Below are positions 31,110 to 42,135 of a stretch of 64,000 nt of DNA, piece after piece. Source of the DNA: a virus (Duplodnaviria > Caudoviricetes); IMG/VR virus record IMGVR_UViG_3300016476_000578, positions 5,191 to 69,190 of that record. One strand, given 5' to 3'. The position numbers and the translations under genes are program-made. The notes under the pieces are model-generated. The model had not been told where the DNA came from and searched no databases. It was given only the letters and a program-made list of their open reading frames with translations. Numbering within the stretch: the first letter of the stretch is position 1; the number at the start of each line of letters is the position of its first letter.

Positions 31110-31697
31110 TTATATCGATCTTATTATTGTTTTAATATTCCATCCAGATGTAGTAGCGCTACCCGTAAATGCAAAATTACTACCTACTATAAACACACCA
31201 AATTTTAACCCGGAATGATTACCAAATCCTAAAGTTGTTGTTTCAGTGAATGAAACTTGTGATCCTGACCAAACCGCTGTTAATTGTCCCGCTCTCGCGC
31301 TAGAACCAGATTTAGCAACATATTCAAACCACGCGCCGTCATATGATGCTGTTGGAATAGAATACACTGTAAATGCTCCTGATGCTGTTAAAATGTTTGT
31401 AGCAGTTGTAGTTAATGCTCGTTTAGTTGGATTTCCGAATGTAATTTGATTATCAGACGTTACTTCTAATAATGGCTGTCCTGATATATTATTTACATTA
31501 AATAGAGAGCCAGAGAATGAATCTGTTACAGAAAATAATTGGCCTGATCCTCCTTGTATTTTCAATATTGGCGCGGTAGATCCAGAATTGTATATAGTTA
31601 AACTACCTGTAATAATCAAGTCGCCCTGTACAGTTGCACTGCCAGAGATGTTTGCATGATTAAAACTAGCGCTATCGGCAAAAAATGTGTTACTCAT
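31110..31697 (-). CDS. Short tail fibre-related protein
   Basis: C-terminal domain paralogous to that of 34157..38416 (both end KTIIRSI). Confidence 0.55.
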   Translation of the reverse strand: MSNTFFADSASFNHANISGSATVQGDLIITGSLTIYNSGSTAPILKIQGGSGQLFSVTDSFSGSLFNVNNISGQPLLEVTSDNQITFGNPTKRALTTTATNILTASGAFTVYSIPTASYDGAWFEYVAKSGSSARAGQLTAVWSGSQVSFTETTTLGFGNHSGLKFGVFIVGSNFAFTGSATTSGWNIKTIIRSI

Positions 31698-31711
31698 ATT
31701 AAATATATATT

Positions 31712-33796
31712 TTAATTGTTAAATTCGCCATAACTTACAGCTTGCCAAAAAGTGTTTCCTGCTAATGCCGTGCTACTATTAGAATTGACTACAAACCCGC
31801 TTGAAGTTTTGCTTTCTACGGTCCAAACCCTAGCATCCTCTCCTGTAATTACAACAGAATAATTTGTATCTGGAAATGCTGTTGAAAATGATACTGATGC
31901 AGTTAATGGTGTTCCAGCAAATGAAGTATTTGCAATAACGTTATTTTTAGATACCATTCCGTTAACATAACTAGCAGTAGCTGCATTTGTAATACCTGTG
32001 GTAGTTCCGACTACATTCAAACTTCCAGATATAGTAACACTACCGCTTGTAGCTACGAATAAGTTATGTCTATTCGAATCATCAATTCCATCACCTATAA
32101 TAAATGCAGCTGCGTCAAATAATGGCTGATTATATTGACCAATAACTGTTTGGTACCAACCAACTGCTCGTGTATCATTTCCAGCTGTACTAGAAAAACG
32201 TCCAATTGTTTGTGTTAGATTTCCTGCTGCATGGGATGCATCGCCAATATATGTTGAAGTAGCTGGTGGTTGTTGATTTCCATATATTCCGATTGTATAT
32301 TTTGTCTCGGTGCTAGTATCAACTGTAGTATCAACTAAAGTTATTTCAGTATTAGTTCCAGTCCAGGTTGATGATGATACTTCAAACAAGTATGTAGTTT
32401 TTACACCTATGCCTGAGATATTGCCGGTACCATCGTCGATAATTGCAATTGTGCCAGGTGCAAATGTTGAAGTTAAATCCCCATGTGCTGCATCTAAATT
32501 AAATACTCCAGCTGTTATTGGATTGCCATCGTTACTATATCCTAAATAACCAGCATAGTTACCATTTCCTTCAGCGTGTGAGTAAGCAGCTAATGTATAA
32601 TTGCCACTGCCTTCTGCGTGAGATGCATATCCATATGTATAATTGCTGCCACCTTCTGCATGAGAATAATTCCCTATAGTAGTTGAACTAATTCCTTCTG
32701 CATGTGATGCGACACCAAATGCGCTATTAGCTTCTCCTTCTACGTGAGAAAAAGTACCTATAGCAGTAGCGCTAGTACCTTCGGTGTGTGCTGCCAATCC
32801 CCCGAAATATTCTACGCCGGATGCTGGATAATCTATCGAATTAAATATAGCAGTTGTAGTTGTTATGGTATTATCTACTAATTGTACCGTTGTGTTTGTA
32901 CCATCCCATGAAGATCCAGTTATGGTGCCTACTACATTATATCCGTATGAATAATCATATAAACTATCATCAATTACAACCGTATAACCGGGTACAAAAT
33001 TAGTAGTAACATCCCCATATGATGTATCAATAGTAATAAGACCAGCTGTAATAGTACCTACTACGCCATTTGCTATACCGGTATATGTCGACATACCTTC
33101 TGCATGGGAATAGTCAGCTCGAGTTTCTGTGAAAGCGCCTTCGGCATGACCGTATAATCCGTTTTTAGTACTAAGAAAATATCCATTTTCTAAACCACGT
33201 CGATTTTTGTTATATACTAAATCAGATGCCCCATCAAACGCACCACTTGTATTAAATTGAATATATGAATTCAATCCTCCCGGAGTTCCTCCGCCCCCTA
33301 AAACATAAGATGCTGTAACTGCATATGAAGCAGTACCATTTAACGTTCCAGTTTGCCAATCTAGTATTGTGCTGCCCGATGTATCTACTAACCAACGTTT
33401 TCCCCAGTGCATTGATTCGGATGTTGCTGCGTCATATGTACGTAAATTTTCCCAATCTAACGATGTATTGGTTGAGCTTCTAGTTAAGGATCTGTTACCC
33501 CATGTGATAGCTTTGATAGCGCTGGCATCATTTAATGCACGGTTTTTCCAATCTACTGAAGAAAAATTGCTAGTATCATTTAATGTTTGTGTATCCCATC
33601 GCACTACTCTATTACCGCCTGACGATACTAAAAATCGATTTTTCCAATCGATTGATTGAGATGCAAATGTATCTGATAATGTAAGTTGACTAGTATCTAA
33701 TACTACATATCCAGAGACATTATTAATGAATGAGCCAGAAATTATTGATTTCCCAGTAGAAATGAACCCATTCTTTATTTTAAATTCGTTTGCCAT
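31712..33796 (-). CDS. Tail fibre / adhesin with YadA-head-like (SHAEG) repeats
   Basis: 14-aa SHAEG repeats, 16-aa Trp repeats, ASY shaft motif. Confidence 0.7.
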   Translation of the reverse strand: MANEFKIKNGFISTGKSIISGSFINNVSGYVVLDTSQLTLSDTFASQSIDWKNRFLVSSGGNRVVRWDTQTLNDTSNFSSVDWKNRALNDASAIKAITWGNRSLTRSSTNTSLDWENLRTYDAATSESMHWGKRWLVDTSGSTILDWQTGTLNGTASYAVTASYVLGGGGTPGGLNSYIQFNTSGAFDGASDLVYNKNRRGLENGYFLSTKNGLYGHAEGAFTETRADYSHAEGMSTYTGIANGVVGTITAGLITIDTSYGDVTTNFVPGYTVVIDDSLYDYSYGYNVVGTITGSSWDGTNTTVQLVDNTITTTTAIFNSIDYPASGVEYFGGLAAHTEGTSATAIGTFSHVEGEANSAFGVASHAEGISSTTIGNYSHAEGGSNYTYGYASHAEGSGNYTLAAYSHAEGNGNYAGYLGYSNDGNPITAGVFNLDAAHGDLTSTFAPGTIAIIDDGTGNISGIGVKTTYLFEVSSSTWTGTNTEITLVDTTVDTSTETKYTIGIYGNQQPPATSTYIGDASHAAGNLTQTIGRFSSTAGNDTRAVGWYQTVIGQYNQPLFDAAAFIIGDGIDDSNRHNLFVATSGSVTISGSLNVVGTTTGITNAATASYVNGMVSKNNVIANTSFAGTPLTASVSFSTAFPDTNYSVVITGEDARVWTVESKTSSGFVVNSNSSTALAGNTFWQAVSYGEFNN

Positions 33797-33840
33797 TGCT
33801 TTTCCCTATCCAAGCTTGGTTATTTTAATATAAATATAAA

Positions 33841-34155
33841 TCAATTAAGATCTATAGTAACTTGATAACCTTGTTCTTCGTACCATGCTTTTGCAAGTTC
33901 ATGAGCTGCGTGTACACTTTGGATTTGTGTTTGCGTATCAATATCTCGCGTCAAATTTCCGGTTGGTAAATCAGTAGGCAAATAGTTGTTAGCTTGGTAC
34001 CCGACGTGATCTGCATATGTATAAAATGCAATTTCTATTGTTGAGCCATTTGGTCTACATCCAAATTCTATGCGGTTATAAACACTTGATAATTCAATTG
34101 ATGTACCTCGTACAAAAATTTTCTTTTGTTCTGTTGGTGTGATAATTAGTGCCAT
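33841..34155 (-). CDS. Hypothetical protein (possible fibre chaperone)
   Basis: Small ORF between two fibre genes. Confidence 0.45.
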   Translation of the reverse strand: MALIITPTEQKKIFVRGTSIELSSVYNRIEFGCRPNGSTIEIAFYTYADHVGYQANNYLPTDLPTGNLTRDIDTQTQIQSVHAAHELAKAWYEEQGYQVTIDLN

Positions 34156-34156
34156 A

Positions 34157-37100
34157 TTATATACTTCTTATTATTGTTTTTATTGTCCATCCGTTAGTTG
34201 TAGCAGAAGCCGATACAATTATTGCAGATGATGATATATTCATACCTAATGTTAATCCGTCTGTTGATCCGAAATCTGTTGTAGTAGTTTCTGTAAAATT
34301 AACAGATGTGCTATCCCATATACCCATCAACTGGCCAGCTCTTGCATTTGATCCACTACGTGCCGTATAATCTACAAATACGCCATCATAGGATGCTGTA
34401 GCAAATGCGTATAATGTTGTGGTACCAGTATTAACTAAATTCGATACCGCCGTAGAAAGTGCGTTATTTATTATTAAAGACCCGGTTATTTGAGCTGAGC
34501 CCGTATATGGAAATGTAGACGGCGTTACAATTGTCGAACTACCGGTTAATAATCCTAAATTAGTTAATGCATCAGCTAAACCTTGTGATGATGATACGGC
34601 ATTCTGAGTATATAATTTTACTACATTACCAGCTTCTGTTCTGAAGTGAGGAGCAGCATTTCCGGCTACGACGTCGGCTGAATATAAATTAAAACTATCA
34701 GTTGCAGATAAAGTAGGGGCAGTGCCATTAAAGACATACATCGTATTTGTATTTGCCTCATTTGGTTTAATTGTACCACCTAATGGATTTGCTCCTATTG
34801 CAAAAGTTGCTTTTCCGATTAATCCAGCTAAATATTCTCTATTATCTGTCGATGTATATACGTTAAATGCATGGCCTCCGGTATTCTGAGCTACTCTTAA
34901 TGTTGGGTTTCCGTTATTAAATGTAAGTTGTACAGTCGTATTCGCAGTGCCTTGGTAATTCATATTAAACCCGCCGGCGCCATCTGTACGGCCGGATATT
35001 AACCCAACCCCATCTATACTTAATAAATTAAATGAATCAGCGCTATTTCTTACTCTAAATGCTACATCTGTTGATAAGGCTCCTTGTGCTCGAACATCTA
35101 ATCTTGCTGATGGAGTGCTTAAATTACCTACAGATAATGAACTAGCAAATGCTGAATTTCCTCCATAATATAATCGTAATGATGTTCCTGCATTAGGAGT
35201 ATCTACGTCTGTTTGATATGTAATACCTAAATCATTGCTAGCTAACTTTACAAATCCCCAAGATCCATAGCCAGCAGCTGTATTTCTTAAGGTTAACCAG
35301 TAGTTTTGATTACCAGTTCCGTCGGTTATTGCAATAACTGCTTTGGCTGATGATGCAGCCGGAGACTTGCCTATACCTAGCTTTTTATTAGCTAGATCCC
35401 AAAATATCTCAGAGTCTTGTTGTATTACTGAGCCTGATTGTAGTAGCAATCTGCCAGACGTTCCAGAAGTCAATGCTGTAGATCCTATCACTATGGGAGT
35501 ATATGAAGAACTTACTGCTTGTAACACGTAACTTGCCGTTTGAGCTGTTTGCACATAACTTGCTGTCTGTGCATATGATGCACTTGTGGCAGTACTTGCA
35601 TTACCACTTAAATTAGCTGTTAATGCTGATGAATTTTCCCATTTAAGGGAAGATGAATTGTATACTAATGGTTGACCATTTGTTGGTCCCGAAATAGATA
35701 CATCTCCCAATTGAGATAACAAAAGAGATGTGATATTTCCACCTCCGCCAGAACCTCCAACGTTACGAAATATACCTGCAGGTAATAATCTATACGATGT
35801 TGAGTCGGTAAAATTACCGTTATTTCTTATTACTATAGCCCCTAAATAAACAGCATTTTGTTTTGTATTCTCTACTTCTTGAAATAACTCATATGATATG
35901 TTTGCAGCTGCATCAATTTCATTAGCATATGTTTGCGATCCATAATATACAACTATACCTTTAGTTGCACTGTTTGGATACCAAAATACTCTTTGTACTG
36001 ACCATTCTCTATTTATGCCAGTACCTGGTACGGGTTGCAAACTGCCTGATCCACCTGGGTTGTAATTTGCTGGATCAATTACTGTGTATCCTACGCCACC
36101 ATTTGTATCTTGCACAAAAGATGATCCCGATTGATAGTATCTGAAAATTTTTGATATATTAGTTCCAGGATCGGTAATATACGAAGGGTTATCAGGATCA
36201 ACCTGATAATTTCTACCATCAGCAAATGCAGTACCACTACCAACAGTTAATCCTAACGAACTACTTGGGATAATATTCAAACCAGATAATTTTAATGGAC
36301 CAAATGCTTTAATAAAATCGTACGTTCTTTGCTTGTATCCATATGCTACATTCGGATATGTAATTGAACCATTTATTGTACTTTGATTTTGATGCAATAC
36401 AGTACCAAGTAATATTTTAGTATTGTACTCGCCATTAATGTATGGGGTTGTTTGTTGGAGAATATTACCCGAACCATCTATACCTATATATGTTTGAATA
36501 GATGAAGTTAAGTATGTTAGTGTTTGAGCTGTATATGTAGGCCAATTTACATATTGTATGGTTGGATATGGATTATCGTTTAAACTAGCATTTAGATCTA
36601 CTATAATACCACTACCTGAGCCAACGTTAAATGTAGTAGAGCCTGTTGTTGCTGTTATTCGTCCTCCATTTAATAGACCGGTATATAAATTACCTTCTAA
36701 CCAACGTAAACGAGTTGTGTTTGCATATCCGTTGCCATTTTGTGTAAAATATAAATCATTCGTTGAACCAGAAACGTAGATATAAGAAGCTGATATCGAT
36801 GTATCTATGTTTGTTGAAACGGGATTAAAACGAATATACCCGTCGTGAGTAATATCACCATATACTTTAACTGTAGGATTACTAATTCCTTGTGAGCCGG
36901 ATATTATAATACTACCCGATAAAGTTGTGTTTCCTAAAAGTGTATTATTCCCTACTTGAGTAGTCGACCCCGTTACATTTAATGAACCTGTTAATACAAC
37001 AGTTTGTTGTAGAGGTAATATATATGAAGCAGTTTCTGCTGTTGTGGCATATGATGCGGTACCTGTTAAGTTTCCTATGAATGATGCAGAAACTACTGAT

Positions 37101-38416
37101 GCTGTAACGGTGTATAATCTAGTTTGATTGCCTAACCAAAGCAATGTCCCATTCTCTGTACGAATATATGGTATTGTTTGCCCCGCAGATCCAGATGCAT
37201 AAATTTGAAATCCTCCCGATACATATGTTTGTAACGGAGCAGCATTACTCGTTGTATTCCATACTCGAGAACTAGTATAAAATTGTAATGCATTATCTGG
37301 AGTTAATTTCATTTGCAGATTCGGCGCAGTTGCAGAATCTTTAAACCACATAAACCCAGCATCATATATTGGAACCCAGCCAGCTTCTGTATAATCCCAA
37401 TACGTTGATGGGTTCACAAAGTGAAACTTATATGGCTGTACATTTCCATCTGAAAATGAATTATGAGTAAATAAAAATGCATTTGTATTATATGTCGGCG
37501 TTATTCTTCGAGCTACACTGATTGTAGCAGTATCTGTTGAATATGAAGTATCAAGATTTAATACAGATGTATTCGCAGCTGCAATTGTTAATTTACCACC
37601 ACTTGTTGCGTCAGAACCTAGTCGAGCGCTATTATCACCATTAACTGTTAAAATATTAGCAGTATCAGCACTATTCCTTACCCTAAACGCTATATCTGTT
37701 GATAATGCCCCTTGTGCTTTAATATCTAATCTTGCACTAGCAGTAGTAAATCCTAAAGAAATTGCACTCGATGCGGGATGTAAATATATATATTGTCCAG
37801 CGCCACCGCTTTGAGCTAATACTGAAATGCTAGCAACTCCGTAGCTTCTAATAGTATTAAAATATGCATCATTATTAAATTTTGTAGCATATTCATCTAT
37901 GTAAAATACAGATGATCCGTTTCTACGAAAATCAATTGAAGGTGTAAATGCCGTACCACCTGGTCCATTAAATACTAATCCAGATGTAGACAATGAAATT
38001 AAATTTCCAATACTAGAACTTACAATGAATGATCCTGTTACACTTAATGAGCCTGTTATTCGAGCACTTCCTGTATAAGGAAATGTTGTATCTGGTGCAT
38101 ATGAAGCACTTAAAGCTGCTGTCGCATATGATGCTGTTAATGCAAAACTAGAACTCAATACTGTCATTGAACTAGTTTGTGATGCTAATATATAAGAACT
38201 AGTTGCAGCAGTTAATGATGTGATACTACTACTAAACGACGCACTTGTTTGAGCATAACTAGAAGTAAATGAATTAAATGAAGATGTAGTTACAAATGAT
38301 CCGGTATCAATTGTCGTACTAGTATTTACTGCATATGATGCTGTTAACGCAAAACTAGACGTTATATCATACAACGAACCTGTCTGTAATTGTCCTGGTT
38401 TAAATTGTCTACTCAT
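34157..38416 (-). CDS. Large tail fibre protein
   Basis: ~1420 aa Ser/Thr/Gly-rich with ASY repeats and a duplicated module. Start moved to 38416 (TAATG overlap). Confidence 0.7.
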   Translation of the reverse strand: MSRQFKPGQLQTGSLYDITSSFALTASYAVNTSTTIDTGSFVTTSSFNSFTSSYAQTSASFSSSITSLTAATSSYILASQTSSMTVLSSSFALTASYATAALSASYAPDTTFPYTGSARITGSLSVTGSFIVSSSIGNLISLSTSGLVFNGPGGTAFTPSIDFRRNGSSVFYIDEYATKFNNDAYFNTIRSYGVASISVLAQSGGAGQYIYLHPASSAISLGFTTASARLDIKAQGALSTDIAFRVRNSADTANILTVNGDNSARLGSDATSGGKLTIAAANTSVLNLDTSYSTDTATISVARRITPTYNTNAFLFTHNSFSDGNVQPYKFHFVNPSTYWDYTEAGWVPIYDAGFMWFKDSATAPNLQMKLTPDNALQFYTSSRVWNTTSNAAPLQTYVSGGFQIYASGSAGQTIPYIRTENGTLLWLGNQTRLYTVTASVVSASFIGNLTGTASYATTAETASYILPLQQTVVLTGSLNVTGSTTQVGNNTLLGNTTLSGSIIISGSQGISNPTVKVYGDITHDGYIRFNPVSTNIDTSISASYIYVSGSTNDLYFTQNGNGYANTTRLRWLEGNLYTGLLNGGRITATTGSTTFNVGSGSGIIVDLNASLNDNPYPTIQYVNWPTYTAQTLTYLTSSIQTYIGIDGSGNILQQTTPYINGEYNTKILLGTVLHQNQSTINGSITYPNVAYGYKQRTYDFIKAFGPLKLSGLNIIPSSSLGLTVGSGTAFADGRNYQVDPDNPSYITDPGTNISKIFRYYQSGSSFVQDTNGGVGYTVIDPANYNPGGSGSLQPVPGTGINREWSVQRVFWYPNSATKGIVVYYGSQTYANEIDAAANISYELFQEVENTKQNAVYLGAIVIRNNGNFTDSTSYRLLPAGIFRNVGGSGGGGNITSLLLSQLGDVSISGPTNGQPLVYNSSSLKWENSSALTANLSGNASTATSASYAQTASYVQTAQTASYVLQAVSSSYTPIVIGSTALTSGTSGRLLLQSGSVIQQDSEIFWDLANKKLGIGKSPAASSAKAVIAITDGTGNQNYWLTLRNTAAGYGSWGFVKLASNDLGITYQTDVDTPNAGTSLRLYYGGNSAFASSLSVGNLSTPSARLDVRAQGALSTDVAFRVRNSADSFNLLSIDGVGLISGRTDGAGGFNMNYQGTANTTVQLTFNNGNPTLRVAQNTGGHAFNVYTSTDNREYLAGLIGKATFAIGANPLGGTIKPNEANTNTMYVFNGTAPTLSATDSFNLYSADVVAGNAAPHFRTEAGNVVKLYTQNAVSSSQGLADALTNLGLLTGSSTIVTPSTFPYTGSAQITGSLIINNALSTAVSNLVNTGTTTLYAFATASYDGVFVDYTARSGSNARAGQLMGIWDSTSVNFTETTTTDFGSTDGLTLGMNISSSAIIVSASATTNGWTIKTIIRSI

Positions 38417-39642
38417 TATGCCCACCTTCCATTTATAATTATTGTATCAGTGGAATCTATAGTATATCCTAGAACGGTAGTATCGAATATAATTGTCTGT
38501 GATATAACACTACTTGGAGTCCAAGTATATGCTATTTTATCAATATACTGTCCATTAATGTATACATTGAATTCATTTTTAGTTGCAGCTGCCGTTGTAA
38601 CTGGGTTTGTTGCTGCTACTGATGAAACGTTAACTGTATTTGCGGAAACATATGTTGCAAATTTATCTGACAAATTCGTTAAATATGTCATCGTAGCTAA
38701 ATCAATAGTAGCAGTCCCACCTCCGCCATTAACAACAACACTTCCACCACTTACTAAAATATTCTGTGTTCGTATTAATTCTGGCGGAACTACAGTTGTA
38801 CTAAAAATATCAACGTCTACATCAACAACTTGTTCGAATGTTAATTTTTTGACTGAATACATTTTACGCAACGTTGATTTTCTAGCTTCTTGAGCTGATA
38901 ACAATGTACCTTGGACAGTTAATGGAATTGTAGCACGAACTAGGCGATCTTCGCCAATTGTGTTGATCGTTTCAAAATTCACAGTTCCTAATGCTGTTGG
39001 GAATTTATTTCCTTCATTTCCCCAAGAGAATCGACCGTATGGTAAAATTTGGTCAACTAAGCTATTCAGCTGCGACGTAAAATCGCACCACAACATCATA
39101 TCATATTCTACAGTAACGTATTTAGGTATATCTACAACATAAATCTTTTCAGAGTCTGCCGGAGGTGTTGTCGACGGAATTGGAAATAGTTCATCTTCGT
39201 ATTTATTTCTAGAATTGTATTTTGACTTATGTACAAAGTAATTTCCAGCATAACCTCTATTAACATCTAAAGTACGTTGTGTATCTTTTTCTCCAACTGT
39301 ATTTCGTTTTAACATGATCAATGGAGATTGTAGCATTCCTTTTTCATCTCGCAAATATCCTAATCGTCGTACATTGTCCCATTTTTCTCCATTCGAGAAT
39401 ATAACTGGAACTGATATTAATTGTTTATCTGCTTCAACTTGTGGACGTATTTCATTTTCAATATACCACTTTAATGCATAATCAATATCATATACCGTAC
39501 GTTGAGCAGTACGTATAACATCATCATCTCGACGAATTTGTTCACTACGATTTAATATTTCATCTGGTAGTGGACTTTCTGTACGAAACGGTGACGGCTT
39601 ATTTGTCTTGCGATCAATATCTCTTCTATTAATTCTAGGCAT
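38416..39642 (-). CDS. Tail terminator / sheath stabiliser (gp15-like) with C-terminal extension
   Basis: VPVIFSNGEKW, PLIMLKR, YVTVEYDMMLW..FTSQLNSLVDQI. Confidence 0.65.
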   Translation of the reverse strand: MPRINRRDIDRKTNKPSPFRTESPLPDEILNRSEQIRRDDDVIRTAQRTVYDIDYALKWYIENEIRPQVEADKQLISVPVIFSNGEKWDNVRRLGYLRDEKGMLQSPLIMLKRNTVGEKDTQRTLDVNRGYAGNYFVHKSKYNSRNKYEDELFPIPSTTPPADSEKIYVVDIPKYVTVEYDMMLWCDFTSQLNSLVDQILPYGRFSWGNEGNKFPTALGTVNFETINTIGEDRLVRATIPLTVQGTLLSAQEARKSTLRKMYSVKKLTFEQVVDVDVDIFSTTVVPPELIRTQNILVSGGSVVVNGGGGTATIDLATMTYLTNLSDKFATYVSANTVNVSSVAATNPVTTAAATKNEFNVYINGQYIDKIAYTWTPSSVISQTIIFDTTVLGYTIDSTDTIIINGRWA

Positions 39643-40163
39643 TAATGTCCTCTATATGCTGGCGAATTGTTGTTTCCGCCTCTTCTAATATTTTTTATTC
39701 CTAATGGTGTTTGTCTTGTTGCATGTGCATCACATAATACAGAAACACTATATCCATGCATAGATCCATTCGGCCATGTTTCTGGATTTTTACCTGCAAA
39801 ATATTGGTTTGCATCTACGTTGTCGACTTCATAATATTCATTATCCCAAAAGATAATATCTCCTACCTCAGGGAAGAAATCCGCACGCTCTAATATATCT
39901 CTAGAAATTCCAAACTGCGCAGTTCGTGTATATGAATGGCCGTAATCATCCATGTTTGCAGTTTTAGTTTCTTTAGTTATTAAACATGGAATTAAGATTG
40001 AATCAAAATAATTCTTAGATTCTGATTCGCCATATATATTTGATTCTGTATGCTCTACAATTAGTTTGAAAAATTCAATTTCAGTATCTACAATTGCGTT
40101 CAACAGCTCGGAATTGATTGATGCTAAAAATTTTGCATCCCGTTGTCCTCCAAATAGTGCCAT
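39642..40163 (-). CDS. Head closure / neck protein (gp14-like)
   Basis: SNIYGE, FFPEVGDIIFWDNEYYEV; position after adaptor. Confidence 0.65.
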   Translation of the reverse strand: MALFGGQRDAKFLASINSELLNAIVDTEIEFFKLIVEHTESNIYGESESKNYFDSILIPCLITKETKTANMDDYGHSYTRTAQFGISRDILERADFFPEVGDIIFWDNEYYEVDNVDANQYFAGKNPETWPNGSMHGYSVSVLCDAHATRQTPLGIKNIRRGGNNNSPAYRGH

Positions 40164-40175
40164 ATAATTTCTCCT

Positions 40176-41414
40176 TTATCCAACATAAATTTTTAATGGA
40201 ACCTTTGCAAGAATTTCATTCATCTGAGTTGCTTCTGCATTTTGACGAGTTAACATTTGCTCTCTTGTTAATTTATCTAAAAATTCTCGTAATTGTGTAA
40301 TCAATGCATCTTTTTCTGATTGTCCTTGTGATACCAATTCCGATCCATTCAATGTTACTTCTGAATTTGGAATTGGTACTGTTGAATATTTTCCACGTAC
40401 ATAACCTAACATTTCTTTTGCAAGTGCGGCTCCATATTTAATTATCCAAGCACGCCCCATATCATTAATGCTACTGTATGTTTGATATGTATATGGTATA
40501 TTAGATGCGTCGCTTACAACCCCGTTTAAAAGTGCTGTATTACCGAATAAAAGTGCATCCTTACTTTTTTCTTCTTCAAAAATATATTCAACCCATACCT
40601 CTCCGTAAAATATTGTTGACGATGCAGAGCCCGTGCCAGATGTTGGAATCGGCCAGAATTTAATATCATCTCCATGTATCTCAAACGTATAGTGAGACTT
40701 ACGTACTTGATCATTGAATTCAATTGCTTGAAGTCGCATAAGATCTGCATGCACTGGCATCATCATGAAACTAATAGAAGGAGAAAATCCTCCGAAGTTG
40801 AATGAATCTAATAGCTGCTGCGAACCTAATCCTGTACCTACAAATGGATCGAAGTATCTTACAATTGCTGGAGGTGGATTATGTAATACTCGTTTAACCT
40901 CAATTGAACTAGTATTTGATAACGCAATATTATCAACAGCTAATGATGCTGATACAGCATTACGTAAACTATACGTTTGCTGGCCAGGAATCATTTCTAC
41001 TTTTGTTTTTCGCCATTTTACAGTACCACCGGAGTCTGCTTCAGTACCATATGCTTTTGAAAGTTTAGTTATATAGTTAAACGAATTTCCAACTACAGCT
41101 CCTGTGAATCCTGCACCAGTTAAAAAGCTAGATCCGGTCTGTACGCCTAATGTGTTCATCAAGTTGTTAACAATATTAATTTGATTAACTTGATTTGAAT
41201 ACTCCATTACAGCTGCTTCAAATGCAGTATAGAAGTTGATATCTTGTAGTTCAACATCCATTATCGGATAACCAACGTGCTGCGCTGCAAACTTTGCAAA
41301 ACTATCTGCATGTTGTTGAAACATTGGATCAGTATCAAAAAATCCAAATGGTGTAGATCCAGTAGTGAATGAAGAAGAACCGGGCCATATTGGCTTATTT
41401 TGTGAGTAATCCAT
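40176..41414 (-). CDS. Head-tail adaptor / neck protein (gp13-like)
   Basis: GYPIMDVEL, WIIKYGAALAKEMLG.VRGKY, VTLNGSEL. Confidence 0.75.
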   Translation of the reverse strand: MDYSQNKPIWPGSSSFTTGSTPFGFFDTDPMFQQHADSFAKFAAQHVGYPIMDVELQDINFYTAFEAAVMEYSNQVNQINIVNNLMNTLGVQTGSSFLTGAGFTGAVVGNSFNYITKLSKAYGTEADSGGTVKWRKTKVEMIPGQQTYSLRNAVSASLAVDNIALSNTSSIEVKRVLHNPPPAIVRYFDPFVGTGLGSQQLLDSFNFGGFSPSISFMMMPVHADLMRLQAIEFNDQVRKSHYTFEIHGDDIKFWPIPTSGTGSASSTIFYGEVWVEYIFEEEKSKDALLFGNTALLNGVVSDASNIPYTYQTYSSINDMGRAWIIKYGAALAKEMLGYVRGKYSTVPIPNSEVTLNGSELVSQGQSEKDALITQLREFLDKLTREQMLTRQNAEATQMNEILAKVPLKIYVG

Positions 41415-41440
41415 TGTTCATTAATCCTTTAATATAAATA

Positions 41441-42106
41441 TCAATATTTTTCATTTAGTAACGCTAAAATTTCTTCTAACGCTTCATGTCTATGATTGTC
41501 TGTTAAAATAATTTCATTCACAAAACGAGATGGCTTTAATTTAGGAACTTCATGAACTGCTGAGTCATTATTAAATTTCAAGTCAACTTGATAACGATCT
41601 CCAGTTAATATCATGATGCTATCTTTGCCTAAACGTGTTAATACCATCTGTAATTGTTGTTTAGTTAAATTTTGGAACTCATCTACAATACATATTGCAT
41701 TGTCAAATGTTCTACCACGAAAATGTGCTAAAGAAACTAATTCAATATTTTCTTCACGTTCCATTTTCTCTAATATTTCTGGTTTATTATAAACCTTACG
41801 CATATTACTTCGAATTGGAACTAACCATGGCTCCATCTTTTCATTTAATGATCCTGGCAAAAATCCGTTATCTTCATTTGATACTGTAGGCCTTGTTATT
41901 ATAATTTTATTTATTCTGCGTTTGAAAAACATATCTAATGCAATTTGAACTGCTAATAAAGTTTTTCCAGAACCAGCTTTACCTAATATAAAATTAAAAG
42001 GAGTTTCTATAATTTTTGATTTTGCTTCTTTTTGTTCTTCCGATAATGAAATTGAAAACTTAACATCGTTTTTAGGCGGAGTTTTCTCCTTGTTTGTTGT
42101 TGCCAT
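41441..42106 (-). CDS. phoH: PhoH-like ATPase
   Basis: GKAGSGKT, GFLPG, RGRTF, IVDEFQN, TRLG, GD..Q.D. Confidence 0.92.
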   Translation of the reverse strand: MATTNKEKTPPKNDVKFSISLSEEQKEAKSKIIETPFNFILGKAGSGKTLLAVQIALDMFFKRRINKIIITRPTVSNEDNGFLPGSLNEKMEPWLVPIRSNMRKVYNKPEILEKMEREENIELVSLAHFRGRTFDNAICIVDEFQNLTKQQLQMVLTRLGKDSIMILTGDRYQVDLKFNNDSAVHEVPKLKPSRFVNEIILTDNHRHEALEEILALLNEKY

Positions 42107-42135
42107 AATAACCTTTTAATTGTTGATGATGCGTA

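Noticed and set aside
31110-34430. Paralogous fibre C-termini as a possible DGR template/variable repeat pair
   Set aside because: Differences are spread over all bases and mostly synonymous rather than adenine-specific; both copies are coding; no reverse transcriptase in the window.
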